A stretch of DNA of 63,577 nucleotides, counting the filler, from Rhabdomonas costata (Eukaryota): the NCBI GenBank assembly GCA_019059605.1. It is 54 parts of 54 records of this genome, joined end to end, with 100 filler letters (N's around TTAATTAATTAA, not from the genome) between each part and the next. Parts side by side here need not be neighbours in the genome. Positions count along the whole stretch, not along the records: positions 62,500 to 63,577 come from JAHMHO010029763.1; 53 more parts are not named here. One strand, given 5' to 3'. The notes below the pieces were generated by a model, which saw only the letters and a list, made by a program, of their open reading frames with translations, did no database searches and was not told the DNA's origin. Positions 62,500 through 63,577 of the stretch are shown here, piece by piece. Within the stretch, counting starts at the first letter, position 1, and every line of letters begins with the position of its first letter. The position numbers and the translations under genes are program-made.

Positions 62500-63274
62500 G
62501 CACCGCTGCCCATGGTCCGAGCGAATCGTGCGGACGTTCCAGTACGCCAGCACCTTGTCCCCCAGGAAGGGGCTGAGCAGGCCTTCTCTGGAGTGGACCA
62601 CCTGAGGGAGGGAAGTCAGGGTGCCAAGATGTCCCGAAAAACAACCGGCATGACGACTGCGAAGGCTGTTTTTGTCCAAGGCACTCAAAAAATACTCAGT
62701 ATTCCGGGGCATCATTTTGGCGGGAGTTATGTGACGACATCCCGTTCTGGGGTCCACCACTACGTGTCCCCAATTTTGGATTGAGGGAAACAAATCAATA
62801 CAATGTGAGGCGGGGCTAACATGAGGAAGAAACCAATGCTAGTCTTCTCAGAACCTGCAGCACTATTAGGACGGCCGAGGAGTGCACTTGGGCCATCTCC
62901 GCCTCATTTGCGACCAGAATGTGAAACCCCTCGATGTCCATCTGCAGCACCGAAACCATTCTATGGCTGAGCTCCCCCACGGGGCACTTCACCAGCGAGC
63001 TCCCTGGGGCTGCCGCGGTGGCCCTAGGAGAGACGGTGCGAGGCGAGGGGCCTTTGGAGCTCATTCGGGGCAGAGACTCGTTGTCGGGTTGGGCGAGGTC
63101 CTCGTTCAGAGCGACCTGGGAGGAGGCCTCGAGGTTGTCCACGGCAACTTGTGCCTTGCTGGAGCTAGGGCGGTTGGTCTGGCGGCGCTTTGCCGCCCCT
63201 TCTTCCAGATTGGTGAAGGCCCCACTCCGTGTGCCACTAAGCAGGACAGCTTCAGGGAGATATGCTCGGTAGTC
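62500..63274 (-). CDS. Class III adenylate/guanylate cyclase-family protein; exons 63274-62855 and 62601-62500
   Basis: DYRAYLPEAVL...VSVLQMDIEGFH...VLQ|VVHSREGLLSPFLGDKVLAYWN...H. Both metal-binding Asp residues (DIxGF, GD) are present. Confidence 0.85.
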
Positions 63275-63577
63275 CTAAATGAAAACGCATAGGTCGTGCA
63301 CCCTTGCGTACACTTAAGCCCCTAAGGGCAAAAAAAAGGCCAACGCAAACATCGCAATAGAAATCTCTCACACAACCGCCGACCCCAGTCGACCGCATCA
63401 AACCCAAGTCCGACAGAATTACCTAAACCCAATATCCAAGAGCAACGTGCCGTCTCGCATCTCACCGTTCGAAAACCCAAAGCACCTCCTATTACAGTGC
63501 ATCGGATGGGGATCTCGGGCTGCCGTAGGGATTCGGGAGGGGAAGGCAACCACGCCAAAACGCGATCGATCAGGTCC

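Overview
This window is not contiguous DNA. It is 54 unrelated contigs of about 1.08 kb (1074-1095 bp) joined by 53 artificial 100-nt spacers (44 N + TTAATTAATTAA + 44 N), so there is no synteny or operon context across spacers. The content is an intron-rich eukaryotic nuclear genome with short GC3-rich exons, GT-AG and several GC-AG introns, and microsatellites. The gene families and motifs suggest a euglenozoan, either a euglenid or a diplonemid (inference). By splicing exons by eye I recognise fragments of TERT, a GNL3/Nug1-like GTPase, ULK4, a CDKL kinase, PAN2, RAD17, an Ariadne RBR ligase, CLASRP, a RETSAT-like oxidoreductase, an ABCG/PDR transporter, three class III cyclase-family fragments, DUF917, an M20 peptidase, a USP, an SDR, TauE/SafE, LRR and ankyrin proteins, a TRPV-type ankyrin domain, a NACHT-pentapeptide STAND protein and an RTP/ZAR1-type 3CxxC protein that the ORF track misses. 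The most unusual pieces are two strongly strand-skewed, intron-less contigs (33019-34113 and 50715-51793). The second looks organellar and carries a 123-codon TGA=Trp ORF with weak nad3-like spacing. Terminal fold-back hairpins and A/C-rich contig tails look like library artefacts. All protein calls are by motif recognition; no database search was run.
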